Shown: positions 28,672-37,121 of the stretch, in pieces
Numbering within the stretch: position 1 is the first letter of the stretch
How the letters are laid out: each line of letters opens with the position of its first letter
Virus record (IMG/VR): IMGVR_UViG_3300049793_000366
Span: 372,001 to 436,000 of that record
Strand: one strand, 5' to 3'
Length of the DNA stretch: 64,000 bases
Notes under the pieces: generated by a model
Databases searched by the model: none
What the model saw: only the letters and a program-made list of their open reading frames with translations
Told to the model about the DNA's origin: nothing
Position numbers and translations under genes: made by a program

Positions 28672-29501
28672 TCTTCAAGAACTACCTTCGTATCAAAGTC
28701 AACTATAATTTCAAATCCCGGAACTTTGTGGGAGTATTCACCCTCTGGTTTCACGATAGCATAACCAAAGTGGTTTAGTTTCTTACAAAGCTTTTCAATT
28801 AGTTGATTTACTTCCTCAGCCATTGGTCTATCACTTACAACAGATATAACATCACGTAGACTAAGTTTACCATCTTGAATTGCTTTCTTTACTTCTCTTT
28901 TATCATCAATGGTGAACATTTTTCTAACAACTAATTCATCTTTGTCGTGTGACTTACCAGCCATAACAATTAGATGGTCAAAGTGACGTTCAGCGTGTAT
29001 TATCTTACGAGATAAGCTGATATGAACATCATGTTCCATTAGTTCATTTAATAGATAATTGTACTCATCAATTGTAATTGGATATTGAAGTGCTATCTTA
29101 GAATTAAGAGCATCCACACCAAGAAAAGATTCGTGTAATTTACTTGCGTCATAGATAATGAAATTGTCTTCGTTTCTATGTGCTTTATATTTATGACCAT
29201 CAATGCCTAATCCAAGTAAGAACTCAGATGCTTTGCTATCACCACCTAATTTAGTAGATAGTAATCTATATGTAGTCGAAAACTTATTTGAATGTAATTC
29301 TGGTTCAATCTTAGACAATAAAGAATTTGATGGTTTCTCATCCCAATCTTCAAGCTTTAAATGTGATAACAATGTTGAATCGTGTACCCATTTATTTAAA
29401 CCAGATGTATAGTACTTAGCCAACTCAGTATTTGATTTAAGATGTAAACCCCAACCATAAGTATTATGTGTAAATTCTTCGAATAGTCTTAAGTGTTTCA
29501 T
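28668..29501 (-). CDS. Putative ADP-ribosyltransferase-like (ART-PolyVal-type) protein, MKHLRLFEE N-terminus
   Basis: YGWGLHL...AKYY and ASEFLLGLGIDGHKY...NFIIYD resemble ART-PolyVal-type motifs (recalled, not searched). Confidence 0.5.
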   Translation of the reverse strand: MKHLRLFEEFTHNTYGWGLHLKSNTELAKYYTSGLNKWVHDSTLLSHLKLEDWDEKPSNSLLSKIEPELHSNKFSTTYRLLSTKLGGDSKASEFLLGLGIDGHKYKAHRNEDNFIIYDASKLHESFLGVDALNSKIALQYPITIDEYNYLLNELMEHDVHISLSRKIIHAERHFDHLIVMAGKSHDKDELVVRKMFTIDDKREVKKAIQDGKLSLRDVISVVSDRPMAEEVNQLIEKLCKKLNHFGYAIVKPEGEYSHKVPGFEIIVDFDTKVVLED

Positions 29502-30052
29502 TCCCAAATAAAATATGTTTTCTTATCATCTTGTTCTTCAATATAACCATCTGGTTTAAATTGTTCATCAGGCATATTGTATGTATATAACGCAGTTGAA
29601 TATGTAGCTTTCAATCCAGGATAAGACATAGACATCTTAGTTTTCTCATGTGTCTTCTCGAATATTAATTTTGATGTGTCTACCACATCTAATCCCAATT
29701 CTTCTTCTAAACATCTAATTGCTGATTGTTCTGATGTTTCACCAGCAATACATTTCTCACCACATCTTTTAGTACCTCTTCTTCTAACTCTACCATCATT
29801 AAATTCTTGTCTATCTTCAACCAATCGCTTACCGTTATTCTCAACGGCTACTGCTACAACACTAACAAATCTAATTAATTCACCATCTATTTCTTTAAGT
29901 ACGGTTTCTTTATCATCAATTTCTTTTTGTAGATGTTTAATATTTTTAGCGGATCCTTTACCCCACTCAGATAATGGAATACCAAAACTTAAAAGCTTTT
30001 CTTCAAGCGATTGTTCTTGGTTGAAATTCTCATAAATCTTTAAATATCTCAT
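29498..30052 (-). CDS. NUDIX-like protein, MRYLKIYEN N-terminus
   Basis: Degenerate Nudix box GEKCIAGETSEQSAIRCLEEELG. Confidence 0.7.
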   Translation of the reverse strand: MRYLKIYENFNQEQSLEEKLLSFGIPLSEWGKGSAKNIKHLQKEIDDKETVLKEIDGELIRFVSVVAVAVENNGKRLVEDRQEFNDGRVRRRGTKRCGEKCIAGETSEQSAIRCLEEELGLDVVDTSKLIFEKTHEKTKMSMSYPGLKATYSTALYTYNMPDEQFKPDGYIEEQDDKKTYFIWE

Positions 30053-30630
30053 CTGTGTACTTTATATTTTTCGGTATCAGTGTTTAAAACTTTATCAAGT
30101 GTTAAAGCACCATTGCTTTGATAAGTATCAAACATGAGTTTTATTACATCAAGTGGTACACCGTGTGTATTTCTTTGAGCTAGTTCTTCTGGACTTAATC
30201 CTGATGTACCAACATCTTCGAAATGTATATTTTCATCAGCATAACCTATTGATAAGGCATAGAGAATATATTCTCTAGGGTCAGAGACTCTTATATTTGT
30301 GTTATCAATAATTACTGGTGAAATACCAGCATTCATCGATTCTTTAGCATTTTCTAAATTCTTCTTGTGAAAATTTGATAATTGACTGAAATCATTCTCA
30401 GCTTTCATTTTATCAAAAAAATCTCTATAATTACCAGTTTCATCAATTAATGAATCGGTAGAGTGAATAACACCATTCTCAATAAGTGATTTAGCTCTGG
30501 TTGATTTACCAGAACCAGGTAACCCACGCATGATTATTAATACATCATTTGGTCTTGTTACGGGTACACCCAAAGCATTATTCGGTACTTCAATGTTTTC
30601 GAAATTTTCATAAAGCTTTATATACTTCAT
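30049..30630 (-). CDS. P-loop kinase of the polynucleotide kinase/AAA_33 type, MKYIKLYEN N-terminus
   Basis: LIIMRGLPGSGKST, VIIDNTN, RNTHGVP. Confidence 0.85.
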   Translation of the reverse strand: MKYIKLYENFENIEVPNNALGVPVTRPNDVLIIMRGLPGSGKSTRAKSLIENGVIHSTDSLIDETGNYRDFFDKMKAENDFSQLSNFHKKNLENAKESMNAGISPVIIDNTNIRVSDPREYILYALSIGYADENIHFEDVGTSGLSPEELAQRNTHGVPLDVIKLMFDTYQSNGALTLDKVLNTDTEKYKVHR

Positions 30631-30631
30631 A

Positions 30632-31108
30632 TTAGATATAGAATGTTCTTGATGAAAGTTTTAATTGAGCAGGCGTTAAATTCATCTCACCTAACATACC
30701 AACGAAATTTGGTTGATAGCTACCCAATATTCTAAGAATTGTAAGGAAATTGTTTACTGATTTTCTATCAGCAAATTTATTATAATCTCTCCAAGAAATA
30801 GTACCATCTTGTGCTATTGTTGCACAAACTCTATGAGCATTATTAGGCTCAGAGTGGAAATTACAAACAATTGAATATGCTGTCTTTTCTCTTAATATAT
30901 CCAATGATTTAAATGTAGCATCGCTGAATGTTCTAACTTCACCAACAAGTATATTAAATTTATACTCATCTATCTTTTTGCGTTCCATTTCAGCACCGTG
31001 TTCACGTACTTTTTTGGCTCTCTCCTTCTGCCCTAAATCTTGAAATTTATTAGCTGCTGATGTGTAAGTATCATAGTCCAATTCTTCAAATTTTTTAAGA
31101 TGTTTCAT
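30632..31108 (-). CDS. Hypothetical protein, MKHLKKFEE N-terminus
   Basis: First gene of a three-to-four gene minus-strand run after AATATATA. Confidence 0.6.
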   Translation of the reverse strand: MKHLKKFEELDYDTYTSAANKFQDLGQKERAKKVREHGAEMERKKIDEYKFNILVGEVRTFSDATFKSLDILREKTAYSIVCNFHSEPNNAHRVCATIAQDGTISWRDYNKFADRKSVNNFLTILRILGSYQPNFVGMLGEMNLTPAQLKLSSRTFYI

Positions 31109-31158
31109 TTAATCAAGTGGTATTTTTTAATATATATTAAAAACACAATCTCAATATA

Positions 31159-31617
31159 ATGAAGCGTATCTGGAGATTTGACTTTAAGGTAAACACAGAA
31201 AAGCTCAATCGTGCATATGAGCAGATTACAAACGACGATAAGGATTATTTAGCAACAGCTAGTATCTATGGTTCGTTTGATATTGAGTTGAAGAATAAAT
31301 GCCAATCCTTCCTAATTGCCGCGATAAGTGACATCGAAATCTACAAAGAGATGTTCAATAAATACAAAATAAAGTGTAAAATCGCTGATATTACACCAGA
31401 TTGTATAGATGGTAAGTTAGACATAGAAATGGATATCATTGATTTTATGGGTGTCAGAAACGATTTGAGTGACTATTTCATAGAGCAAGTTGAGATAATT
31501 GTCTATGAGAACTTAACTATGGATAGGGTATTGGATAAGATATCTATGTCCGGAATAAAGTCTCTTGGTAGAATTGAGCGTAAATTTATGGACGACCTGA
31601 GCCATACTATCGAATAA
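31159..31617 (+). CDS. Hypothetical protein with C-terminal DUF6576-like helix pair
   Basis: LTMDRVLDKISMSGIKSLGRIERKFMDDLS. Confidence 0.55.
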   Translation: MKRIWRFDFKVNTEKLNRAYEQITNDDKDYLATASIYGSFDIELKNKCQSFLIAAISDIEIYKEMFNKYKIKCKIADITPDCIDGKLDIEMDIIDFMGVRNDLSDYFIEQVEIIVYENLTMDRVLDKISMSGIKSLGRIERKFMDDLSHTIE

Positions 31618-31665
31618 GTTCAAACTTTACTTGTTTTTTACGAATAATATCCTTACTTTTGTACT

Positions 31666-32091
31666 ATGTGGTTATATTTAGACGATAAGCGTAAGGATCC
31701 TACCGTTTCTCATAATGATGAGAGAGGTCTTGGTTTACCAATTGGTAAGTCCAGAGAGTGGATTATTGCCCGAAATTATCAAGAATTCGTTGATTTACTA
31801 ACCGCTAACTTCGAAATAATCGAGTTTATAAGCTTTGACCACGATATTTCATCTTATGATATTGATGAAAATGAATTGACTGGTAAGGATGCCGCAGACT
31901 TTCTAATCAATATGTGCTTGGATAACAACAGAACATTACCAGATTGGTTTGTTCATTCTGATAACACTGGTGGTAACAAAAATATTAGACAGCTACTTGC
32001 TAATTATATGTTCAGAGTTGAGGGAAGAGTTGATAGAATGATACTAGATGCTTACGGATTTTACAAAGATAAATTTTATTATAGACCATGA
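31666..32091 (+). CDS. Receiver-fold protein of the predicted cyclic-phosphate-processing type
   Basis: LYLDDKR, ISFDHDI, TGKDAADFL, VHSDN. Confidence 0.7.
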   Translation: MWLYLDDKRKDPTVSHNDERGLGLPIGKSREWIIARNYQEFVDLLTANFEIIEFISFDHDISSYDIDENELTGKDAADFLINMCLDNNRTLPDWFVHSDNTGGNKNIRQLLANYMFRVEGRVDRMILDAYGFYKDKFYYRP

Positions 32092-32759
32092 ACTATCACG
32101 CATTAACAGTACAAAGAGGTAAAGGATTCGGTAAGTCTGTATTGGGATTCCCAACAGCTAATGCTACTGCTTATATTGGAAACAATGTATCAAATGATTT
32201 AGTTGGTGCATGGGTGGTTATTGTTTCTGTTCATGGTCTTAACGGTGAATTTAAAGGATTCGCTGGTGTTTCTAAAACAGGTTCTAGTAAAAGTACCAAT
32301 CTGGTATTTGAGACGCATATATTAGACTTCTCTGCTGATTTATATGATAAGAAAATAAATATCACACTTATTAAAAAAATAAGGGATGCTATCACTTTTA
32401 AATCACTTGAAGAGTCGAAAGAACAAATTAAAAAAGACTTTGAGGTTGCTTCTAATTGGGATTTAAAAAGAACTTGTGATAACTGTAAATTCTTCGTTAA
32501 AAAAGACTATGGGTACTCAAACTATACTGTTGAGGGTACTGATGGTTATTGCTCAGTAAAGAAGCATCCAATTGATTCATTTGAGGTTAGTAGTGGTCAT
32601 ATGCAAGAGTATGAACAAGCTAAAGAATGCTCATACTTTTATGAAGGTGAATGTTGGAGTTGTGATGTTGATGGTGATGAACCTTATCCAACAGACGAGT
32701 GGATTAAATCAGAATTACGAGATTTTACGATTAAATATATTACCGATGATAAAATATAG
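32088..32759 (+). CDS. Riboflavin kinase domain with a Cys-rich C-terminal extension
   Basis: RGKGFGKSVLGFPTAN, FETHILDFSADLYDKKI, F.SLEE.KEQI..D. Confidence 0.8.
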   Translation: MNYHALTVQRGKGFGKSVLGFPTANATAYIGNNVSNDLVGAWVVIVSVHGLNGEFKGFAGVSKTGSSKSTNLVFETHILDFSADLYDKKINITLIKKIRDAITFKSLEESKEQIKKDFEVASNWDLKRTCDNCKFFVKKDYGYSNYTVEGTDGYCSVKKHPIDSFEVSSGHMQEYEQAKECSYFYEGECWSCDVDGDEPYPTDEWIKSELRDFTIKYITDDKI

Positions 32760-33078
32760 ATTATCCGAATATGGAAAACATACCGACTTCACCGAACTAA
32801 GCGAAGCTGTTAAACACTGTGAGAGTAAAAACATTACTGATGGTGAGCATGGTCGTCTTTGGTTAATGGTTAAGAATAGAGGCGCTGGCTATGAGTGGTT
32901 AAAAGCAAACAGAGAATTATACATAGATAAATATATGATTCTTTCATATACACGTAGAGGAAATATCTATATCTGGGATGAAGATTCTAATAACTGGTAC
33001 GAGTCTGAAATGTACTGGGAACTGTGTAGAAGAATGGGTGAGATATTGACTGAAGTAGCAAACAATATAGAAATATGA
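32746..33078 (+). CDS. Hypothetical protein (start moved to 32746)
   Basis: In-frame ATG overlapping the upstream stop. Confidence 0.5.
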   Translation: MIKYRLSEYGKHTDFTELSEAVKHCESKNITDGEHGRLWLMVKNRGAGYEWLKANRELYIDKYMILSYTRRGNIYIWDEDSNNWYESEMYWELCRRMGEILTEVANNIEI

Positions 33079-33644
33079 ATCCATATTTAATATTAGATAA
33101 TTTTCTTTCTAAAGAAAAATGTGACGAGTTAGTTAACCTATCTGAGTCTATCGGATATAGTGAAGCTGATTTATCATTACCGGGTGGTCCAAAGATGATT
33201 AAGAATTATAGAAACAATTCTCGCGTCTTATATCGTAGTGAAGAATTACGAAAAGAATTAGAATATATGATTCTACCATTCGCACCAAAAACACTCACCT
33301 TCATAAAAGAAGGTGGTATATTAGAATATAAAGAATTTCTCAAATTATCTGGCAATTTCAGATTTTATAAATATCAACCAGGTGAAGAATTCAAAATGCA
33401 CAGAGACGGCAATAACCTTGAAGAAGGTGGTGTTTCGTTAGTGACAATACTTCTGTATTTAAATGATGCTGAGTTGGGTGGTGAGACAAATCTGTGTGAT
33501 AATTTTCTATTGGAAGAACCAATATTAGTCAAGCCCGAAACTGGTAAGCTACTTATGTTTGAGCATACCGTTATGCACTCAGGTCTGAAATTAGAAGCTG
33601 GTGTTAAATACATTCTTAGAACAGATTTAATATACAATGCTTGA
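33075..33644 (+). CDS. 2OG-Fe(II) oxygenase, prolyl-4-hydroxylase-like
   Basis: FRFYKY, HRD, LYLND..GGET, HSG, KYILR. Confidence 0.88.
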   Translation: MNPYLILDNFLSKEKCDELVNLSESIGYSEADLSLPGGPKMIKNYRNNSRVLYRSEELRKELEYMILPFAPKTLTFIKEGGILEYKEFLKLSGNFRFYKYQPGEEFKMHRDGNNLEEGGVSLVTILLYLNDAELGGETNLCDNFLLEEPILVKPETGKLLMFEHTVMHSGLKLEAGVKYILRTDLIYNA

Positions 33645-34116
33645 TAAGATACACAACATAATTATCTACGCTCATTTCGCGTGTAATCATTTTAGAAATA
33701 AAAGTTTAGGGTTTGTAACGAAAGATATTGACTTCAATAAACTATTAGAACACGAACACGAGTATCTACAAGAGAAGGTAGATAAATATCTCAGTAAAGA
33801 AATTTCGGTAACTGAGTTAAATCACAATGAAATTGTTATAATGTGGTTTAACAAACCAAGTGTTAATTCATTGGGTGCATTGATTGAATATTTTATGCCA
33901 CTCATTGATAAAATAAAAACAACAACTAATTTACTACCCAAAACCGAACTGATAGATAGTAGTGGTAGCCTAACGGGTATCACCGACCAATTTTTCACAG
34001 TACATGGTGCCGACTACTCAGTTATACGCGAAATAGAATCTTATATGCACTCTTATAGCGAAGAAGTTTGGGAAGAAGTCATAAGAGATTCTAAAATTCA
34101 AAACATTATACAGTAA
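33637..34116 (+). CDS. Hypothetical protein
   Basis: C-terminal RDSKIQNII. Confidence 0.55.
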   Translation: MLDKIHNIIIYAHFACNHFRNKSLGFVTKDIDFNKLLEHEHEYLQEKVDKYLSKEISVTELNHNEIVIMWFNKPSVNSLGALIEYFMPLIDKIKTTTNLLPKTELIDSSGSLTGITDQFFTVHGADYSVIREIESYMHSYSEEVWEEVIRDSKIQNIIQ

Positions 34117-34132
34117 TACGCATACAATAGGT

Positions 34133-34603
34133 ATGAAATCTGATTTATTGAAAACAATAGATGAAACATACCTGTTAACATATTTTGGTAGCAGAGTTTT
34201 AGTCGCTACATTCTGTGGTCTTGTAATAGGCTGGGAGCGTGAGTTAAAGAGTAAAATAGCAGGCATTAGAACAAATGTACTTGTTTGTGTTGGTGCTTGT
34301 TTAATGACCAGTATGTCCTTTCTGGTAGCTGATTACTACACAGACTTAGATCCAATGAGAGTAGTTGGTCAAATCGTCACTGGTGTTGGTTTTCTTGGCG
34401 CTGGTGTAATCTTCAAATCAAATGATAACAAAGTCACTGGTGTAACGACTGCCGCCTTTATATGGGTAATGTGTGCGCTTGGGATATTATCTGGTTGTGG
34501 GTTTGTTTTACTACCAATAATATTAACAGTGGGTTTATTAGTGATATCGTTTATCTTCAAGCATCTTGAAGACAGAATTGATAAGTATAAGAAAGAAAAC
34601 TAA
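34133..34603 (+). CDS. MgtC/SapB family membrane protein
   Basis: GLVIGWERE...AGIRTN.LV, QIVTGVGFLGAGVI, G.TTAA.IW. Confidence 0.9.
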   Translation: MKSDLLKTIDETYLLTYFGSRVLVATFCGLVIGWERELKSKIAGIRTNVLVCVGACLMTSMSFLVADYYTDLDPMRVVGQIVTGVGFLGAGVIFKSNDNKVTGVTTAAFIWVMCALGILSGCGFVLLPIILTVGLLVISFIFKHLEDRIDKYKKEN

Positions 34604-34624
34604 TATATAACTAAAATTAGTAAC

Positions 34625-34825
34625 ATGAATATGAAATGTGAAAGATGTTTTGTCCCAGGTAATGTATCAAAGATGTCAATCTTCAATACACAAATGATTT
34701 GCCCTGAGTGTCAAAAGAAAGAAGAAGCTCATCCAGAATATAACACAGCGAAGGAAGCTGAGTTAAATGCTGTTCAAAATGGTGACTATAATTTCCCAGG
34801 CATAGGTTTACCAAGTGATTTATAA
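34625..34825 (+). CDS. Small Cys-pair (zinc-finger-like) protein
   Basis: CERC...ICPEC. Confidence 0.6.
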   Translation: MNMKCERCFVPGNVSKMSIFNTQMICPECQKKEEAHPEYNTAKEAELNAVQNGDYNFPGIGLPSDL

Positions 34826-34836
34826 AAAACTATATT

Positions 34837-35094
34837 ATGAAATTTACAACTGTTACATTCGATGGTGATGAAGAAAGTGTTATGGCTCTCTATATAGATG
34901 GTGAACTACACGATTACGGTGATTGGTACCATGATAAGATAAATGTGAAGATATCCTCATTTATAGATGGTGTACGGTTCTCAATGGTTGATGTCGATGA
35001 AGAAAAGATTGAGTGTAAGAATAAAGAACTAATAACACAAACTACTGAGTTAGGTTATAGTCCACCAATGAAATTAAGCGATATTACCGATTAG
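34837..35094 (+). CDS. Hypothetical protein
   Basis: 85 aa acidic ORF. Confidence 0.5.
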   Translation: MKFTTVTFDGDEESVMALYIDGELHDYGDWYHDKINVKISSFIDGVRFSMVDVDEEKIECKNKELITQTTELGYSPPMKLSDITD

Positions 35095-35169
35095 TGAGGA
35101 TTTAATTTAAACTTTAATAGTCTGATATAGAGTAAATTAAGAGAAAATTTGAAAATAATTGAAAATAAA

Positions 35170-35252
35170 TTTGGAAATTGAAAACTTTTAACCTTATCTT
35201 TGTATAAATAATAATCAAATACTCAAAAGAGAGAAAACAATTTTAATATATA
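35170..35252 (+). promoter_or_regulatory. Dual promoter cassette
   Basis: TTTG 35170, TATCTTTG 35195-35202, AATATATA 35245-35252. Confidence 0.75.
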
Positions 35253-35256
35253 AGTC

Positions 35257-35361
35257 ATGTTAGTTATCAGTTCACATAAACATTTTAGTAAATCTAATAA
35301 GTGGTTTAGCCACTCTGGTTCGTGCTATGGCGTTTGTGTAAACTCTACTACAATGATGTAA
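35257..35361 (+). CDS. His/Lys/Phe/Trp/Ser leader peptide MLVISSHKHFSKSNKWFSHSGSCYGVCVNSTTMM
   Basis: Core HKHFSKSNKWFSHS ahead of a terminator and the His/Lys/Trp/Phe/Ser tRNA array. Confidence 0.8.
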   Translation: MLVISSHKHFSKSNKWFSHSGSCYGVCVNSTTMM

Positions 35362-35383
35362 AGAATTTAAATCACAATACTCG

Positions 35384-35416
35384 AAGCTCGAACCGTAAAA
35401 AGTTCGAGCTTTTTTT
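35384..35416 (+). terminator. Attenuator terminator
   Basis: aagctcgaac/gttcgagctt + T tract; leader tggttcgtgct pairs with agctcgaaccg. Confidence 0.82.
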
Positions 35417-35441
35417 GTGCCTAAATTTTAAAAATTTATAT

Positions 35442-35514
35442 GGTGATTATCGTCCAATGGTTAGGACATACGTTTGTGAAGCGTAGGATATGGGTTCGAG
35501 TCCCATTAGTCACA
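35442..35514 (+). tRNA. tRNA-His(GUG)
   Basis: G-1, GTGATTA/TAGTCAC, TACGT-TTGTGAA-GCGTA; A73 rather than C73. Confidence 0.85.
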
Positions 35515-35527
35515 CAAGAAATAAAAT

Positions 35528-35615
35528 GCATCTGTATCCGTAGTTGGCCGAACGGTCCTGACTCTTAATCAGATGAACGAAAGTTCCACCACAGGTTCGA
35601 ATCCTGTCAGATGCA
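35528..35615 (+). tRNA. tRNA-Lys(CUU) with a long variable arm (type II body)
   Basis: GCATCTG/CAGATGC, CTGA-CTCTTAA-TCAG, variable arm GAAC-GAAA-GTTC. Confidence 0.78.
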
Positions 35616-35619
35616 CAAA

Positions 35620-35690
35620 GGGGGTTTAGCTCAATGGGAGCAGACGTATTATTAATATACGTAAGGAGAAGTTCGAATCTTAAGCCTCCG
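35620..35690 (+). pseudogene. Degenerate tRNA-like element
   Basis: Acceptor GGGGGTT/AGCCTCC and D arm present; T stem only 3 bp; extended anticodon arm with loop TATTAAT. Confidence 0.45.
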
Positions 35691-35697
35691 CAATATT

Positions 35698-35771
35698 TGA
35701 GGGGTAGCTCAGTGGTAAGAGCGCCGGGACGGAAAACCCGGAGGTCGTTGGTTCGAATCTAACCCCCTCTA
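35698..35771 (+). tRNA. Initiator-like tRNA body with an 8-nt anticodon loop ACGGAAAA
   Basis: U1-U72 mismatch, GAGGGG/CCCCTC, CCGGG/CCCGG stem, AGGTC variable loop. Confidence 0.6.
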
Positions 35772-35779
35772 CAAAGAAT

Positions 35780-35851
35780 ACATCTGTGGTGTAACTGGCA
35801 ACATGACGGTCTCCAAAACCGTTGTTATAGGTTCGAATCCTATCAGATGTG
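35780..35851 (+). tRNA. tRNA-Trp(CCA)
   Basis: ACATCTG/CAGATGT, ACGGT-CTCCAAA-ACCGT. Confidence 0.92.
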
Positions 35852-35856
35852 CAAAT

Positions 35857-35929
<73 letters not shown>

Positions 35930-35934
35930 CAAAT

Positions 35935-36007
35935 GGTGATTGTAGCTCAGTGGTAGAGCGTTGGTTTGTGGAACCAAATGTCGCGGGTTCGATACCCGTC
36001 TTTCACC
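35935..36007 (+). tRNA. tRNA-His(GUG)
   Basis: G-1:C73, TTGGT-TTGTGGA-ACCAA; two U-U mismatches in the acceptor. Confidence 0.82.
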
Positions 36008-36014
36008 CAAATAT

Positions 36015-36087
36015 GGAGCCTAAGCTAACTAGGTAGAAGCGCAAGACTGAAAATCTTGAGGATCCGGTTCGATACCGGAAGGCTCCA
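36015..36087 (+). tRNA. tRNA-Phe(GAA)
   Basis: GGAGCCT/AGGCTCC, CAAGA-CTGAAAA-TCTTG. Confidence 0.9.
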
Positions 36088-36131
36088 CAATATTTCGAAT
36101 CTTTTTTAGATGTTTCGAACTTAATATATAA

Positions 36132-36698
36132 ATGAAACGCATTTTATATATGAAAGAGGAAATATTAAAACTAAGGAGCGAAGGCAAAACATTCAATGAG
36201 ATTAAAACAATATTGAACTGTTCAAAATCTACAATATCATATTATTGTAGTGATGGACAAAAAGAAAAAACTATAAAAAGAACAAAAAAAAGAAGAGAAA
36301 ATTTAATACTTAGTAAACTTGAAAAATTCAAAAGCAGAAAAATAAAAAATACTAAAGAATCTGTTAGAAAATTTCAAAAAAGAGATAATGATATAAAGAA
36401 GAGAGGTAAAGTAAATAACAATTTAAATACTACATTTAGCTGGACTGACGTTATTGAAAAATTTGGTGAAAATACTAATTGTTATTTATCTGGTGAGAAA
36501 ATAAATTTATATGAAAAAGGTTATAGCTTTGACCATATAATACCAGTAAGCTTGGGTGGAGATAATAGCTTAGATAACCTTGGTGTATCAAACGAAAAGG
36601 TTAATAGAATGAAAACTGATATGATACCAGATGAATTTATAAACTGGTGTAGAAAAATATTAGAATTCAATGGATATAAAGTTGAAAAATTCAATTAA
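36132..36698 (+). mobile_element. Free-standing HNH homing endonuclease with N-terminal HTH
   Basis: CYLSGE...SFDHIIPVSLGGDNSLDNL...N.MK; inserted in a tRNA array. Confidence 0.82.
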
Positions 36699-36699
36699 A

Positions 36700-36738
36700 A
36701 TGAAAACAATGAAAACTGAAATAAAACGAAAACGATAG
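36700..36738 (+). CDS. Lys-rich mini-ORF MKTMKTEIKRKR
   Basis: ATG..TAG directly abutting a hairpin before tRNA-Lys. Confidence 0.5.
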   Translation: MKTMKTEIKRKR

Positions 36739-36767
36739 TTCCGTAGTTGAATGCTACGGACGAATAT

Positions 36768-36840
36768 AATTCCGTAGCTCAATTGGTGGAGCGTCTGACT
36801 TTTAATCAGAAGGTTGTGGGTTCAAGTCCCATCGGGATTA
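36768..36840 (+). tRNA. tRNA-Lys(UUU)
   Basis: AATTCCG/CGGGATT, TCTGA-CTTTTAA-TCAGA. Confidence 0.9.
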
Positions 36841-36870
36841 CAAAAAAATAAAATATTAAAAATAAAAACG

Positions 36871-36903
36871 ATGAAAACTATAAAACGAAAATATAAACGG
36901 TAA
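36871..36903 (+). CDS. Lys-rich mini-ORF MKTIKRKYKR
   Basis: ATG..TAA directly abutting a hairpin before tRNA-Lys. Confidence 0.5.
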   Translation: MKTIKRKYKR

Positions 36904-36937
36904 GACGTGGTTCGCCTTGAGCTACGTCACCGAAAAT

Positions 36938-37012
36938 GACTCTGTAGCTTAATGGCGAAGCACTCGGCTTTTAACCGAGGGATTGTGGGTTCGAGTCCCA
37001 CCAGGGTCACCA
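36938..37012 (+). tRNA. tRNA-Lys(UUU), CCA encoded
   Basis: GACTCTG/CAGGGTC, CTCGG-CTTTTAA-CCGAG. Confidence 0.92.
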
Positions 37013-37014
37013 AA

Positions 37015-37098
37015 GCGTCTGTCGCTCAGTGGCCGAGAGCATCAGTCTTTTAAACTGAAGGAGCAATCCCATCGTTGGTTCGAATCCAACCAGACGCA
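37015..37098 (+). tRNA. tRNA-Lys(UUU) with a long variable arm (type II body)
   Basis: GCGTCTG/CAGACGC, TCAGT-CTTTTAA-ACTGA, variable arm GGA-GCAA-TCC. Confidence 0.8.
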
Positions 37099-37121
37099 CT
37101 AAACTAAAAAAGAAAGTGCAA

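Noticed and set aside
35620-35690. Ochre-suppressor tRNA (TTA in the loop) implying stop-codon recoding
   Set aside because: T stem is only 3 bp and position 33 is A. Conserved genes end cleanly at TAA, TAG and TGA, so there is no sign of recoding in this window.
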